Below are positions 62,018 to 64,000 of a DNA stretch of 64,000 nucleotides, piece after piece (within the stretch, counting starts at the first letter, position 1; every line of letters starts with the position of its first letter). Source of the DNA: the human T2T-CHM13v2.0 reference genome, Homo sapiens; the NCBI RefSeq assembly GCF_009914755.1, contig NC_060931.1. One strand, 5' to 3'. Under the pieces are notes generated by a model. The model did no database searches, was not told the origin of the DNA, and saw nothing but the letters and a program-made list of their open reading frames with translations. The translations under genes were made by a program, and so were the position numbers.

Positions 62018-63436
62018 CTCCCCCATTAGACCGTGGGTCTCTCCGGGGCAGCGTTTAGCTGATCCACACTGGATCTCCAGTGCCCAACGCTAGGCTTGGC
62101 ACAGAACCCAAGCGCAGCAAATGCTTGTGGAATGAATTAATACATTTTTCAAATCAAGTCAAAGTGCTGTTTTCATTATCTTTAGACCAGATTAAATTCA
62201 GAGCCACAGCTCTCCAGAAAAATACTGGCAATCTGGCTTTTGCATATTTCACTGTCAAGGAGAGAACTCCTTTTCTGAATTAGCCAGGAAGGCAAGCCCG
62301 GGTCCCTAGAGAGAGGCGACCCCTGAGCTCTCCCCTCTTGCCCACCTTGGGACACCTGTGACCCCTTTGGCTCTGATAACCCCTTGCTGGGCTGCCCCTC
62401 CAGCTTTGATCCCTGGTTTGCAGACCGAGGGAGCAAAAGGGTGGAGCTCTAGGAGTTTACTTTCCTGGGCAGGGTCAAGCAGTTCCTGATGCAGCAAAGT
62501 TGTTTGGGCGCAAACATTTCCCTGTATTGTCTGGCTTCAGAAGGCAGCCAAGAGTCTACGCAGGTGGGAGGGAGCTGAGGCAGGAGTTTTTTCTCTCTCC
62601 TCCACTCCAAAGAAGACAGGAGCCTCCAAGCCCCAAGGTGGGGGGTTAGGAGGTCATCTCACACCCTAGGCAGATGCAGAAGACCTAGGAGAGGACAGAA
62701 TCAGGGGAGGGGGGTGGGGGACAGATGTCATATGTCCTACTGTGCAGAGTTGGGGAGTCAGGTGTAGACAGACATGAGCTGGTCTGAGAATTCAAGTCCA
62801 ACCAGAGGACCAGGCTGTACCTTCCCCAGGGCATGCTGGGAGATGCCTCTCATTCCCTTGCTGGCTGGGCGCACCAGCCTACCTGAGGCTGTCTCTTAGA
62901 CAGCTAAGGAATCTTTCCCCTCCTCTGAGGTTTCTGCTCAATGACACCTTTTCTGGGGACAGTGGCTCTGGAGATGGGGGATCCTGGAGGTTGAGAGAGG
63001 CTGAGCCTTCGTGGATCTCCAGTATCCCCTGCCTTCTATGCCTCTTTAGCAAGATGCTTCTCCAACTCCTGTTTTTCCTTCTCGGAACTCTGGAAGGATG
63101 CCCTATGCATTTTGGATGTGTTTCCCAAGTGATGCTCCATTGACTATTACTTTGGGAGGGGGAAAAGCTTCTGGATCCAAGAAGCCTAGGAAACACAAAG
63201 TCAGACAGGCTATTATCTTGCAGGACTTATCAGAGCCTTGAATTTTTTTAATTTTTAATTTTTATTTATTTTTTAGAGACAGGGTCTTACTCTGTCACCC
63301 AGGCTGGACTGAATGGTGGAATTATAACTCACTGCAGCCTGGAATTCCTGGGCTCAAGCGATCCTCCTGTCTCAGCCTTCAGAGTAGCTGGGACTACAGG
63401 TGCATGCCACCAGGCCTGGCTATCTTGAATTGTTCA

Positions 63437-63775
<339 letters not shown>

Positions 63776-64000
63776 TTACTGGACCTGAAATGTCAAATAA
63801 CCCTGCAGAGGTGACAGCTGTGAGTGAAGATGCTTCTCTTTTTATGTTGAGTGAAACCCCTTTCAATATGGGCTGGAGCTGGCCACATGAGGTTTCCTGG
63901 TGTCGTGCAAGCGTGGAGATCCGGCCACACTCTTTCGTCTTCTCTTCCTTGGCCCTGAAGGGAGATGAGCCGGCAGGTGGACAAAATAAGGGGGTTGAGG

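Overview
Human (primate) genomic DNA, very rich in Alu repeats. The gene content and order identify it as 7q11.23 (Williams-Beuren region). It holds three protein-coding genes: intronless CLDN4 (+, CDS 12097-12726), METTL27/WBSCR27 (-, five coding exons 22987 to 15635, 245 aa) and TMEM270/WBSCR28 (+, three coding exons 42139-46820, 265 aa). All splice junctions were reconstructed from GT-AG sites and reading frames. The rest is Alu, L1 and MIR sequence, several solo LTRs, a full-length young SVA, simple repeats and candidate regulatory DNA; most short ORFs in the track are Alu, SVA or microsatellite artefacts. Main observations: (1) the SVA in the last METTL27 intron sits inside two nested pairs of target-site duplications, so it appears to carry its donor locus's flanks on both sides; (2) an 11-bp tandem duplication frameshifts the METTL27 C-terminus while the ancestral C-terminus stays intact in the other frame; (3) TMEM270 has a compact RFX X-box/CRE promoter and its stop codon lies inside its poly(A) signal; (4) a ~340-bp duplicated segment with no repeat family I recognise, an orphan CpG-rich promoter-like island, a candidate upstream CLDN4 first exon, and neighbouring Alus that share private mutations. 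I found no convincing new protein-coding system. Repeat family names and reference alleles are recalled from memory, not database-checked.
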